Origin: Phoronis australis
Taxonomy: Eukaryota; Animalia; Phoronida
DNA length: 64,000 bases
Assembly (NCBI GenBank): GCA_002633005.1
Contig: NMRA01000570.1
Location: 184,572 to 248,571 of the forward strand
Reading direction: 5' to 3'
The position numbers and the translations under genes are program-made. Numbering within the stretch: the stretch's first letter is position 1; each line of letters starts with the position of its first letter. The notes under the pieces were generated by a model. That model worked only from the letters and a program-made list of their open reading frames with translations. It ran no database searches and had not been told where the DNA came from. Positions 25,782-39,317 of this stretch are shown here, one piece after another.

Positions 25782-28700
25782 CAACTAGGATTACAAGAAA
25801 GTGGTATACAGCTGGCACTGTTAAAGATTTCACATGCAACTGATCGAAATTTGAACTAATGTCTATCAAGTATCAAGGCACACAGGCGTTTGTGTCACAT
25901 AAAGGCCCTGTAGCCACAAGTTACTCCAAATAGAACAACTGTTATCAACGTGTGTCAGAGTATCAAAACGTAATATTTTTTGGCAACATCATTAGAAACT
26001 CAGCTTAAATTCTGAAATTTGTCTTGTAAAAATTTAAATCAGCTAATTTGGATCATTTTCGTCTGAAGATATGCAAAAAATAGCCATGGTGATGATACTT
26101 CAGCTTAATGTAACAGGAATGGACATTGGTCATTGTTCGAGCTAGCTACTCCGTCATTTTCGATCTTATTTGTGGTCATGGGCCCTGAGTTTCCTGAACT
26201 TAAACCATCAGGTTCCTTGTCATGTGATAAAGGCAATTACATACCCTTGTCAGGAGTTCAGTCACTTTTCCTAGTGTTGTACAAACGTGACATTTTCAGT
26301 TCCATTTAATTCCCCAGCATTCGTCAATCTCTAAATTCGTCCTCAATTTCTATGAACTTGGAAGTGTCTGTTCTCGCAGCACGCCCAGCTTCTTGGAGAG
26401 GGACCTCAGTGATGGCGTTGTCAAAATGCATTAATTTTCTTGTACATCCCCACAAAACACGTACCACATGAGACTAGGACGATGGCCAAAATTGAGATTC
26501 CAGAAGATTGTCTGTCAGTAAGAATTCAACCTGTATACTGTTCAGCGAGACTTGTAAACGGGATTAATGTACTACTCACGGTAGTTAATTGTCACATCAA
26601 TGGTGTGATTTCATCCGTGGAAGCTATGCCCAGTTTTACTCCTCCCACTTACCCTCACTACTTTGATCGTAATAACTCAATTATTTTTTAGTATTGAATC
26701 TCTTGAGTCATATCCACAGGTGATCCTCAAAATCATTTGTCGTGGGACTGTTATGATTTGCCCCCAAACTTAGACAGTCCTGCGTTCCTGTTACCTCCAC
26801 TGATTATGGAGTTGTTCTTTTGTTTGTTTTGTCAGCTCTGCCACACTTTTAGACTACTTACTGTATTCATATATGTTAAACATTTTCAGGTTTTCCAAAA
26901 TATGGCATTTGTAGTGTATCAGAGCACCAGGCAGGCTGTTACCAGACTAGTGGGCTTGTCGTCTGCAAGGGGGGTACACTTCTCTTTGCCCTTCACACGG
27001 AGGAACTATGTATCTTTTGCATCTGGACCCCTGGCTATTGACAGCCATTTACAGCCAAATGACCTAAGGCAATTGACTGCAGCGCCATCTTTTGATGTCG
27101 CAAAGATGACTTCTCTTCTCGACCATGACAACCACGAGATGAGAAAAGATTTTCGTAAATTTGTCAGCGACCCTGTGATGATTCCAAAATACAACATTTC
27201 ATTGGCGGAAGAAAGAGACATTGCTTTGCAGCGCTTGAAACGTATCTGTGATGCTGGTTTCATTTCCGTGATGGATTTCGAAAACAATCCTTTAAGAATA
27301 TTTGCTGCGCATGAGCTTGCTTCTATAATAGATCCTGCCATGACAACCAAGATGACCGTTCAGTTCAATCTATTTGGTGGAACTGTTTTAAAACTCGGCA
27401 CAGAACGACACCATCAAAAACTTCTAAAAGGTTGGTAAATTCTGCGGGATATTTTAGAAGGAGCTGTTCAAAACTCAAAGCTGTTGAACCCAAAATCATA
27501 CTTGGACAATATCTGTGAGGACTCAATTCGAGCAAAACTACTTGAAAACATGGTGCTGTTTTAGTTATGTTTAGTAAAATTTAACTGTGGTTTTAAGTCT
27601 TGTCAACAAAACCTTGAACCAGAGTTTTAGAGTTGGTAATGGATATATTTTTAAAGATGAATATCTCTTGCATTTTAATTACAAATGACAGCACAGAGAC
27701 ATTTTTCTACATTGACAGGTTTTCCTGCAGCATCAAATTTTGCATTTTTGTTTTTAAGTTTACACATAAGTTATATCAAATCTGTTTTCTTTACAAAAAA
27801 TCTGTCAGTGTAAAGTTTTGTTCCCAGAAGAAAAATTCACATTGTTGTAAATTTTAACCTCAATGTCGACAAGTTCACGTCAAATTTTGATTGGTTTTAT
27901 TGTTTTGGTGGTCGCAAAACGATCGTGTTTGTTCTTATTACATCTCTCAGGCATAGACACACTGGATGATATTGNCAATTAAGATTACAAGAAAGTGGTA
28001 TACAGCTGGCACTGTTAAGATGCAACTGAGCGAATTTTGAACTAACTAATGTCTGTCAAGGCACACAGGCGTTTATCTTGGCCAAAAGAGTCTTAAAGTG
28101 TTGCTAACTCCAAATAGAACAACTGTTATCAACGTGTGTCAGAGTATCAAAACGTAATATTTTTTGGCAACATCTTTAGAAACGCAGCTTAAATTATGAA
28201 ATTTGTCTTGTAAAAATTTAAATCAGCTAATTTGGATCATTTTCGTCTGAAGATATTATGCAAGAAATAGCCATATTGATGATACTTCAGCTTAATGTAA
28301 CAGGAATGGACATCTGTTGGTCATTGTCCGAGCTAGCTACTCCGTCATTTTCCCTGAACTTAAACAATCAGGTTCCTTGTCAGTAATTGTCACGTGATGG
28401 TTGTAAAAGGCCATTGACCCTTGTTCAGGAGTTCAGTCACTTTTCCTAGCATTGTACAAATGTGACATTTTCAGTTCCATTTAATTCCCCAGCATTCATC
28501 AATTTCGTCCTCAATTTCTATGAACTTAAAGTTGTCAAAAACGCACTTTCTTGTACATCCCCACAAAACACTTACCACGTAAGACTAGGACGATGGCCAA
28601 AATTGAGATTCCAGAAGATTGTCTGTCAGTAAGCATACAACCTATACACTGTTCAGGGGGGACTTGTAAACGGGATTAATGTACTACTCACGGTAGTTAA

Positions 28701-30063
28701 TTGTCACATCAATGGTGTGATTTCATCCTTAGAAACTATGCCCAGTTTTACTCTCCTCCCACTTACTCTCACTACTTAGATCGTAACAACTCAATTATTT
28801 TTTAGTATTGAATCTCTTAAGTCATATCCACTGATAGTGAAAGTATTATCGTGGATGCCCCCAAAATTAGACAATCCTGCATTCCTGTTACCTCCTCTGA
28901 TTATGGAGTTGTTCTTTTGTGCAGCTCTGCCATATTTTTAGACTACCTACTGTATTCGTATATGTTAAACATTTTCAGGTTTTCCAAAATATGGCATTTG
29001 TAGTCTATCACAGCACCAGGCAGGCTGTTACCAAACTAGTGGGCTTGTCGTCTGCAAGGGTGGTACACTTCTCTTCGCGCTTCACACGGAGGAACTATGT
29101 GTCTTTTGCATCTGGACCCCTGGCTATTGACAGCCATTTACAGCCAAATGATCTAAGGCAATTGACTGCAGCGCCATCTTTTGATGTCGCAAAGATGACT
29201 TCTCTTCTCGACCATGACAACCACGAGATGAGAAAAGATTTTCGTAAATTTGTCAGCGACCCTGTGATGATTCCAAAATACAACATTTCATTGGCGGAAG
29301 AAAGAGACATTGCTTTGCAGCGCTTGAAACGTATCTGTGATGCTGGTTTCATTTCCGTGATGGATTTCGAAAACAATCCTTTAAGAATATTTGCTGCGCA
29401 TGAGCTTGCTTCTATAATAGATCCTGCCATGACAACCAAGATGACCGTTCAGTTCAATCTATTTGGTGGAACTGTTTTAAAACTCGGCACAGAACGACAC
29501 CATCAAAAACTTCTAAAAGGTTGGTAAATTCTGCGGGATATTTTAGAAGGAGCTGTTCAAAACTCAAAGCTGTTGAACCCAAAATCATACTTGGACAATA
29601 TCTGTGAGGACTCAATTCGAGCAAAACTACTTGAAAACATGGTGCTGTTTTAGTTATGTTTAGTAAAATTTAACTGTGGTTTTAAGTCTTGTCAACAAAA
29701 CCTTGAACCAGAGTTTTAGAGTTGGTAATGGATATATTTTTAAAGATGAATATCTCTTGCATTTTAATTACAAATGACAGCACAGAGACATTTTTCTACA
29801 TTGACAGGTTTTCCTGCAGCATCAAATTTTGCATTTTTGTTTTTAAGTTTACACATAAGTTATATCAAATCTGTTTTCTTTACAAAAAATCTGTCAGTGT
29901 AAAGTTTTGTTCCCAGAAGAAAAATTCACATTGTTGTAAATTTTAACCTCAATGTCGACAAGTTCACGTCAAATTTTGATTGGTTTTATTGTTTTGGTGG
30001 TCGCAAAACGATCGTGTTTGTTCTTATTACATCTCTCAGGCATAGACACACTGGATGATATTG
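25782..30063. repeat. ~2.1-kb tandem duplication (25782-27974 / 27976-30063) joined at N27975; probably uncollapsed haplotypes
   Basis: 5' halves differ by SNPs/indels, 3' halves are essentially identical; copy 1 stops 24 nt into ACOX-B exon 2 exactly at the N. Confidence 0.85.
26902..27430 (+). other. Duplicate (allelic) copy of ACOX-B coding exon 1
   Basis: Same protein as 28991-29519 except 5 substitutions in the first 30 residues. Confidence 0.75.
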
Positions 30064-33000
30064 GCTGTTTTGGCTTGACTGAGTTGGGCTACGGTAACAA
30101 TGCGGTGGAAATGGAAACTACTGCTACGTATGATAAGGACACTCAGGAGTTTGTGGTGAATACACCATCTACTCTGGCCCAGAAGTACTGGATCACTAAC
30201 GGGGCTGTACATGCCAAGCATTGTATTGTCTTTTCACAGCTTTTTGTCGATGGCGTCAAGCATGGTGAGTTATGTAGCAGTGAGGAAGTTAACTCCTCTC
30301 TACCAAATTTGTCAGGGTCAAGGCTCACTTGCATTAAAACATATTCTGAATAACAACGGCATGGCTTTATCAAGGGCCATGTTGTTTTTGTGAAATAATG
30401 GAATTGGTGGCATGCAGCAATTATAATTTTGAAGTTTTATGCAATCCATCCAAGGTGTCATTTTTGATCAAGAAAACCCAAATCGGGAAGGTTGTTAAAT
30501 TTATAAAAATGATTTTTAAGAAGTCTGTGCTGTGCGATTGATTTCAATTAATGGCAAGCTATTGTGGTAATGTTGACTATTTCACATTCAACATATCTTG
30601 ATGGCACTATTTGTAACTCAAATACACGTATATTCATGAGGACTTGGACTTCTTTAAGGACCTTGAAATCTTGACCGTATGAATTGAGAGTGAAAGCATG
30701 TTGCCAAGCACAAGCGTTTTCGAAATGAAAATTGACTTATATGCGTTTAGCCAATCCTGACCATAGCATCTGTAAACTTGTGTTCTGTGGAAGAAACTAA
30801 CTTGGTTTAGACAACTTATTGCTAAAAATGATATCAATTTATTACTTATTCAGATGAGACGTGATTTTTGAGCGCTCAAAGTACTGACGGTTCATGATTG
30901 CATGAGGCCATGATTGGTCGATAAAATGACTCGCTGTGAAGAGTTGTAACTTAGAGCATGTTCTCAAACAATAATGAGCTGTCCGTTGTATACAAGCCCA
31001 GAAATCTCATCTTTTTTGTCTAAAGAACAGTTTAAAACCAATTTCTTAACATTAAGTGGTTTAATTCAAAAATAGCTTTTGTGGTGGAAAGCTGGTTTAG
31101 AACTACTCAAGTAGTTGATGTGTGTGCAAAACACAGTTGAATTATTTTTGTGCAGTGAATTTAGAACCTGAACATTATTTCGTTCTCTTGAAACCTGAAA
31201 CCTTCAACATCGTTCCAGATGCGATAAAATTTAGGTTTTTCACAGTTCGTGACAATGTTGAGCAGGTAAAAAATTTATTTACTACAAATTTGTAGTAGTT
31301 GATGACTCGGACGTTTCTACCCTCATCTATGTTTTTTTTCAATAAGTGGTCTACCCGTGCTTTGTTGACCTGATCTGGAATGAGGTCATACACCCCGGGG
31401 GAGCTATAGACCTTGGTCTCGGTTCATGATGGGCTGTCTGTTCCTGATAAAGGTAGCTTCTTTAACTTTTCGTGAGAACCAATGTCCAAAACGTCCAAGT
31501 CATCAACTACAACAAGTTTGTAGTAAGTGAATTTTTTACCTGCTCATGGTTCCAGATGTCTGTGGTCTCTTTCTCTCACTGTCGAACATGAACGCTGGCT
31601 GTAGTGCCAGATTCATGGATTTATTTTCGACACTGTTATCAGCACTGTCAGAAATTGGTCGGCTGCACTGTGACACTTGTCCCTCTCCTTCATGATCGTC
31701 TGCCACAATCTTGTGAAAGAACCAAATCATTTACTGAACAGCGTCCTGGCAGTTAATAATTATAAATGATGTCGCATTGAACTTTACTGCTGTTTGATAA
31801 TTGAAATGAAGATCAGTACAGTTGGTTCCATGTTCCTGCCTCAATATGACCTGGAATGTACTTTCCAGCTTTCATGTTGCAATGTTGCAGATTAAGAATT
31901 CGAATGTACTGGAACGTGGAACCATGAACGGTTGATGTTTGAGGTTCTAGGTTTTACGAAAAGGAAACCAGCAAAAACGTGGTTCTAGTTGGTAAAGCCA
32001 GTGGTACCTGGAATGAAATAACACGTGGATCAACATGTTCTAGCCTGTCAGTCTGAAAGGTTTTTTCCAATCAATATTTGTGTGATTTCATGCCAAAATC
32101 CCATTGATGTGTGTGTGTGAACTGAAGTTTATATCGATTTCTACCACCTCCTGCAATGTCAACCGATTATATGGAGTTCTGAAGTAAACAGAAACAAAAC
32201 ATTATGAAGTTTCGTTATTGCATAACATCAAAAGCATTAGTCACCTTTCCTTCAAGGTTGCAATGAAATAAACAACTTGTTCACTTTCCCTTAATCTTCT
32301 ATGAACTTTCAGGAATCCATGGTATTATGGTGCCGATCAGGGATTCAAACCTGCAGATACTACCCGGTGTCAGAGTGGAAGACATGGGGTAAATTGAGCT
32401 GTTCTTTTGTATATTACTTTTTAAACTGACCATTATAAACCTGGAAATAACTAGTAGTATTTTTATTTTGTGTCTGCGTGTACTTATGCATACACATGTA
32501 CTTATTTTGCCATCATCTTTGTCTAGGGTCATGTGTTATCCTGCGTCCATCCAGCATCCACAATAAGTTAAAACTTTTTCTCCTTAACTCCGCACAAGAT
32601 CTTCATGAAATTTAGCAGGAGTGTTTTAATGAACATTGGGGCTGATGAGAATTACTCTCAGACAAATTTGTTTGCTGCTGTGACCACCTGGTGGCAATAA
32701 AATTTTGTGTTGCTTTTATGTCAGCTAAGTTCATAAACAGATTACAAGACTTGTTTGTATTGACAAAGGGATGTCATCGGTAAATTTCCAGACCGATCTG
32801 GCATTTTGTTTTCCCACCAGGTGGCACTTTTATTGTTTTGATGTCTGGTGCCTTTGAGTCCACGGTTTGAAAGATGGTCATAAAATTTGAGAGATATGAA
32901 TCTGAGCATGGCCTGCCCCAATATATATCAAGTTCAGTGAAGAATTGTTATGAAATTTGACATGATTCTGTTTCAAGTGAGAAGGGCAAGACGTGTGTTG

Positions 33001-36000
33001 ATATTCAGGTGAATCCTCTATACTTTTGTACATGTGCATAAATTAGTCAACATGTGTTGAAACAATAACTGCTAAAGGAAGACTGGTCGTGAAAAAGTCT
33101 GATTCATTTCAGCATCAGAATGGGCTTAAATGGTGTGGACAATGCCAAGCTGTTTTTTGATAATGTCAGAGTCCCACGGGAAAACCTTCTGAACAAGTAA
33201 GTTATAGCCACACCCTGTTCATGTTAGTTGTCCACTTAAAAACCTTCAAATAAGCTGTAGCCACACGGACCTTTGAGTGATGTGTAGCAAACCCGCCTTC
33301 TGATGAGTTGTGACCCCACCCACTTTCATGTGAGTTGTACACTCACCAAAGCTCATGTTTCTTGAAACAAAATCTGCCTTTGAGGGACATGTTGCCCAGC
33401 CCAAAACACACTTTAACAAATTTATTTCTAGATCAGCTGCGACGACACCCGTATTTGAGTTATCGCTGCAGCCAGTTTAAGATAAGCTGTAGTCATGTCC
33501 ACATCTCAGTTATATGTAGATATGCCCTATTTAAATGACTTTAAAGCACGCTGGAGCCACATTCATGCTAGGTGTAATCACACCCATCTTTAGTTGGGTT
33601 TCAGCGACACTTTCTTCGAGGGAGTTGTGGCCACTCTCACTTGTAGACGTGTTCACTGTCTCATGATAGTAAATGATAAGAGGATACTGGGCGAGATGAT
33701 GCAGAGTCCACCTTTGTTTCTTTCCCGAAAGGTACCCCTCCAATTATGCAGTCTGCTAATCAACTTGCGTGCTTAGTATGATGTCATTTTGATGTTGTGG
33801 ACCCAGTCAAATAAAATTAAAATGCCAAAATTAAAGACACTAATAGTAATTAGGCCAGATTTACATAGCAACATAAATTACTAAGTATTTTGAAATTTAT
33901 CACCTGGCCGTGGACCTGGTCAATAGTGAGCCTTCTCAATTCCCAGGGAGCATACAGTTGGTGCAACGGTTGTGGGAGCACTCTGATTAATCTAAGCACA
34001 TAATTTTGTAAAAATTCAAGTGCCAAATTGCCCCACTGGTTACCTGATCAGAAAAAAGTACAAGACTTGCTAATTTTTTGAAAAATGGGATGTGACTGCA
34101 TTTCTAGTCTTACTTGTGTGTTCAAATCATGCTTGTGTGTTCATAGTAGTGGCAGATACGTTGTCACTAAACATCTGAATAACGACGCGATGCTATAATT
34201 ATGTCAGTAGTGTAGTTCTTTTGAGACTCGAACATAACTGCGGCTATCATAGAGCCTGGGTATTATTTTGTGCTTTGTTTGGTCAGGTATTCTGATGTGC
34301 AGGAAGATGGCTCCTTTGTAACCTCTATCAAAAGTGACAGAGCCCGCTTTCTAACTGTTGCCGATCAGTTATTGTCTGGACGCATCTGTATAGCCAGCAT
34401 GTCCATGGGGGGCACCAAGGCAAGTCTGGCCATCGCACTCAGATATTCAGCTACCCGACTCACTGTGGGGCAATCAGGTACGAAGTATTCAAATGAATAG
34501 TTTGGGTGTGGCTTTCTGTGGTAAAGGACAAAATACTAGAACTGACATTGTCCTTTAATTCATGTAGCAAATCAGTTTAGGTGATTTAAATTCTTTGAGT
34601 TTCATGAAATTCTTTAATTTATTTTAAAAAGGTTTTAAACTCTGTTCTTGGTGTTTCGGCAAGTCCTTGGCCATCTCCTGCTAATACACCATTTGTGTCT
34701 CACCTGGGTGATTAAAGCAGTTTTCATCTGAAAATGCACCTTACTGTGTCATCAATAGATCCTATGGTTTTTGATTGATGGTCTTTCCTGTAGTTGCCGA
34801 CATGTAAATCACACACTTGTAGGTTTAACTTGCTTCTTAAGGGTTTTTCAAAATTGTTTCAGACTTTTTAGTTTTAGGGGGACAAGGGTTATACAGCATT
34901 CATAATTTAGAGAGCTAGATGTGGATGGGCCACTAACTGGGTGTAGTGTCCTACCTTCATCGCATAGAAAAGGGAAAACACAGATTGGAGAGTGGGTGAG
35001 ATCCGTCATTTAGGACAGGTCATTTATTCTTGCTTGTTATATGGAAAAAATTATAGAGTAAAAACATTGAGAAGACTTTTGTGCTAGACATTGTAGATGA
35101 AATGCTGAATATTGAAAGTGCTTATTTTATCTTCAGGAAAATCTGACACCGCAATGCTTAACTATCAGTTGCAACAGAGGGCGCTGTTGCCCCTGTTGGC
35201 CACTACATATGCCATCAACTTTGGTTTGGACTATGTGAAGGACAGATGGGCCTTCCAGAAGGAAGATGGTTCCGAACATGCTGAGGTAAACTTATATTCT
35301 TGTTTCTATTTGTCTTGGAAAATCCGAAATGCGACGAAAATAATTTCCATACATGATGAATTCATGGAAAATTCAAGAAATCCCTCATGTTGCGAGTCCT
35401 ATCGCCAGTTGGTTGCACCCAGGGACTCATCTAGCGGCCGTCCTGGCCGTCCTTGGGACGGCCCTTTTAAAAAAATGACGGCTTTGGACGGCACGGCCAA
35501 GACGGAAAAAAGACGGCCTGTTCCAAAACAACCTCGGCGAAAATGAAGGCTAAACGAAGAATTTTAACATTTATTATTAATTAATTTCATTGAAACCTAC
35601 AATTCATTGTTTAAATTCGCTAAATATTAAGAAATAACTCGACATTAGAAACTTTTACCGTCTATTTTTATTATAAATGTCACAATGACGATCGGCAAAT
35701 ACTGGCAGCCATCTTTGGGGAATACCTTCCTATTCTGTGACGTCAAAGTGACTTCATACGGAATCCCCCGCACGACTAGTGTCGAGAAATATTGCATCCA
35801 GCGCTAACTACGCGTACATGAACACTTAATCTTTGAAATTGAAGAACCCACACCCGAAGTTCAAAGGGTTTCCGTACCCATATGCTAGTTGCCGACGCGG
35901 AAGTTGAAGCGGCACTCGATATATTCGATGGAGCAGCCAATTTGAAATAGCCGACGGAGAACGTACACTTCGAAAAAATGATACCCGACAAAATTCTAGC

Positions 36001-39000
36001 ACTGACCTGCCGTACAAATGCCATCAATGTCGTTGAACATGTAAACCAGATAAAACTTTGCGCAAACTTCCTTAATTTGTTCGCATAGCTCCGTTGCCAC
36101 TCGAACGAATGAATGAAAAAAATCCGCACGGCCGAACGACTTATATTGATGCGCGAGAATGCAGTGCAAACTTTACGAGAAAAAAATGTGGTGTGTAATG
36201 TTGGTTACGTTTTCAATGAATAACTTAGGGTGAAAATAAATGCCTCGATATACTTCAACTTATTTTGGAATTCCATGATTATTGGGCGATTCGAGTTTAT
36301 CCTGTGGGTGTGGCACTGCGTGCCGTATATGGAAAAAAGTAGGTCAGCCAGTCACGTGCACAGCACCTGTTACTTCGGCTGTGAACCAGGCCGGGGATTT
36401 GACTCTTAAACTGCGAGAAAAGAATGGTTCTTTTTAAGAATAAATTTCTTGAAGCGTACTGTGAAAGACTGTGATTGACTTTCAACTTGGTAAGTTTCAA
36501 TTCAACAAAGCGTCCACTTAAAATACACTGCAGAAAACGTAACAACTACGATGTCCCCGGCGACCACTGGCTACGCTCGTAGCCAAACGACGTGAAATTT
36601 ACGAGTAAAGCGCTCGGAAAAACGTTTAAGAAACGTAAAAATACGAATGCCAAATTCAAACTCGGAGTTTCGACGTTTTTTTGGTCACGATCCTTTACGA
36701 AGCCAAGTCCGGGTATACACGCGCGAGTGCACATACGCCGTCACTCCTATTTTCCAGCGGAGATTTTCGACCGTGTTGAGCACTGGTGATACTGATTTGT
36801 GAATTTGTTGAGGATATGGTCTTGTTTTTGTAGATTCGTGAATTGCATTACTGTGCGATGTAACGAAACGTAGACATGTACTCTAGAATACATTTCTTCA
36901 TGTCCTCTGGCTTTCGAATGCAACTTCATTGTCTTCTCACAATTAAGTTTAAGTGGTTTCTCAACTGCATTTTACTCTTCTCTTCTGAGAGTTTCAAGAT
37001 ACTTTGAGTCCTGTACTCATGCTGTGGATTATCTGTCTATCATGCAATTCTACATAGATTATCTTACTAAAAAGATTTACAGATCTTGATTTTTGTAGCC
37101 TAGTGACAATACACACATCCTGAATGGAACAAACCTCCTAATTTTTGTTTAGTTTCCCTATGTGCCGTCCTTTGAACAAGAAAAAGACAACCAAACAGTG
37201 TGCTAAATAAAATGCAAGGAAATGAACTTTTTTATGTAACAATTTTTTCCTCACCGGGTGGGGGAATTCCNNNNNNNNNNNNNNNNNNNNNNNNNNNNNN
37301 NNNNNNNNNNNNNNNNNNNNNNNNNNNNNNNNNNNNNNNNNNNNNNNNNNNNNNNNNNNNNNNNNNNNNNNNNNNNNNNNNNNNNNNNNNNNNNNNNNNN
37401 NNNNNNNNNNNNNNNNNNNNNNNNNNNNNNNNNNNNNNNNNNNNNNNNNNNNNNNNNNNNNNNNNNNNNNNNNNNNNNNNNNNNNNNNNNNNNNNNNNNN
37501 NNNNNNNNNNNNNNNNNNNNNNNNNNNNNNNNNNNNNNNNNNNNNNNNNNNNNNNNNNNNNNNNNNNNNNNNNNNNNNNNNNNNNNNNNNNNNNNNNNNN
37601 NNNNNNNNNNNNNNNNNNNNNNNNNNNNNNNNNNNNNNNNNNNCCCCCCACCTCCCCCCCATCAGCGCTGTGCGCCGCAGATTTGCGCTTTGCACGACTC
37701 GTCAGTCTCACGAATTTGGACCCCCAAATTTCAAATCCTAGATGAGTCCCTGGTTGCACCTGAAGCAATAATTATAGAACCATTCTTCTTGTGGCAAAAC
37801 AGCTCTGGAATCTTTCGTATGGGGTGCCTGGAGTACTGCATGTTATTTAGGTCAACAACTCACCTCGTGTACTGCTTAGAACCTGACTTCAAACATGCGT
37901 ATGTAGGTGAAAAACTTACTGCTCTATAAGTTTAAAATTCCATGTTACCTAACAATTGTTATACTAGTTCTACGTGTGTTTCAATTTTAACATTGCGTGA
38001 ATTGTTGCAAGCTAGTTAACTGCTGCTCTAAGGTTGGTTGGCAATAGATGGCGTTACTGTATTCTGGTTCTCTTCTCCACAGGTGGTTACAATGTGTTGT
38101 GTCATTAAACCATTGGCCTCCTGGCATTTGGAAGAAACTGCATCCATCACTCGGGAACGTTGTGGAGGACAAGGGTTCTTATCGTGTAACCGCTTTGGAA
38201 CCTTCATTGGATTGGCTCACGCAGCCATGACTGCAGAGGGAGACAACTCCGTGTTGATGCAAAAAGTGGCCAAAGAACGACTGGCTATGTTTAAACCTCA
38301 CAAGTTGCCCTCCGATGTTAAAGAAGATTTATACGATACAAAATATCTGCATTACCTCATGCAAAAACGAGAGAATGTAATGTTTTCTTCGCTTGGCAAG
38401 AAACTGCAGTTAGCCGGCAAAGATGGATTGTTTGACACATGGATGTATCAGGAGAGTGATTTGGTGCAGGGAGCTGCAAAAGCCTTTGGAGAACGCCTGG
38501 TCAGTGAACAATTTGCCAACGCCATTGAGACTGCGGACAGTTCCCTGAAGGTCATCCTAAATCAAGTTTACCAGCTGTACCTGCTGACTGTGCTGGAGAG
38601 GAACCTTGCATGGTTTGTCAGCAATGAGGTGGTGTCGCCATCTGTTGGCCGCCAGGTGAGTTAGCAACAATCGTTGTACAATCAAAGCCAAATATCTACA
38701 AAACTATATACTTTAACTCGGCAAAGCTATATGTTTTCAAAAAAGTAGAAATTCTGTAGAATTTGAGTTCTGAAACTAATTAGGTCACGTGACATTGCTT
38801 TTTTAGTAAAATTTAATGAAAAAGACAGGTACATTCATTGCAAAGCAGCAGGATCAATAGTATGACCAAATTTCTTCCGATGCAAATGTTCAATATAAAA
38901 TCTCGAGATTGCTGTTAGTTTCCTAAATTATTGTGTCGTTTTCGTTTTACTTTCTAATTTCATAAGTCCTGTTTTTGATAGCCCTTCATGCAAAAGTGCA

Positions 39001-39317
39001 GCATTTCAAAAACAATTCCTAAAGGCTTTTGAAGAACAGTGTATAAAGCATGGTATTTGAAAGTTTGATGTAAATCCGATTTCCTATTTCTGAGATATGA
39101 TGTTCCGAAGTTGGCAAAGATTGCATAGTATTTCACAAGGATATCTTGTACATTACAGGTACCTGAAGCTGCCTCCATCTTGTGTAATACACTTGCTCCT
39201 CAAGCCCTAAATCTATGCCAGGCTTTTGACATCACAGACACTATGTTGTCAGCACCTATTGCCCTAGATTGGGTCGACTACAATGTGACAGATAATCAAG
39301 GCGAGGTCACTGGATAA
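28991..39317 (+). CDS. ACOX: Acyl-CoA oxidase paralog B (~661 aa), no PTS1, presequence-like N-terminus
   Basis: Exons 28991-29519, 30040-30264, 32313-32388, 33113-33196, 34287-34477, 35137-35285, 38083-38655, 39159-39317; first seven exon lengths (529,225,76,84,191,149,573) equal those of paralog A; TAEGDNSVL retained; ends DNQGEVTG*. Confidence 0.93.
31259..31546. mobile_element. Foldback MITE with 58-bp terminal inverted repeats
   Basis: 31259-31316 vs reverse complement of 31489-31546: 53/58 identical by hand alignment; no clean TSD. Confidence 0.8.
33918..34045 (-). mobile_element. Probable SINE fragment (conserved central-domain-like)
   Basis: ctcaattcccagggagcatacag resembles, from memory, the antisense of a conserved invertebrate SINE domain; not verified. 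Confidence 0.3.
35420..37752. mobile_element. Non-autonomous hAT-type DNA transposon in ACOX-B intron 6
   Basis: Perfect 15-bp TIRs CAGGGACTCATCTAG (35420-35434) / CTAGATGAGTCCCTG (37738-37752); 8-bp TSD GTTGCACC (35412-35419, 37753-37760); spans the gap; no transposase recognised. Confidence 0.9.
37271..37643. other. Assembly gap (373 N)
   Basis: Run of N; single Ns also at 5890, 27975, 53216. Confidence 1.

Noticed and set aside
26737-27438. A third ACOX gene
   Set aside because: Only exon 1 plus 24 nt of exon 2, ending at an N; explained by the haplotype-like duplication.
35776-36929. Short ORFs inside the hAT-type element as transposase
   Set aside because: No BED/TTF zinc finger, DDE or hAT dimerisation motif recognisable.
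37138-37929. Long ORFs across the gap
   Set aside because: Open only because of N runs.
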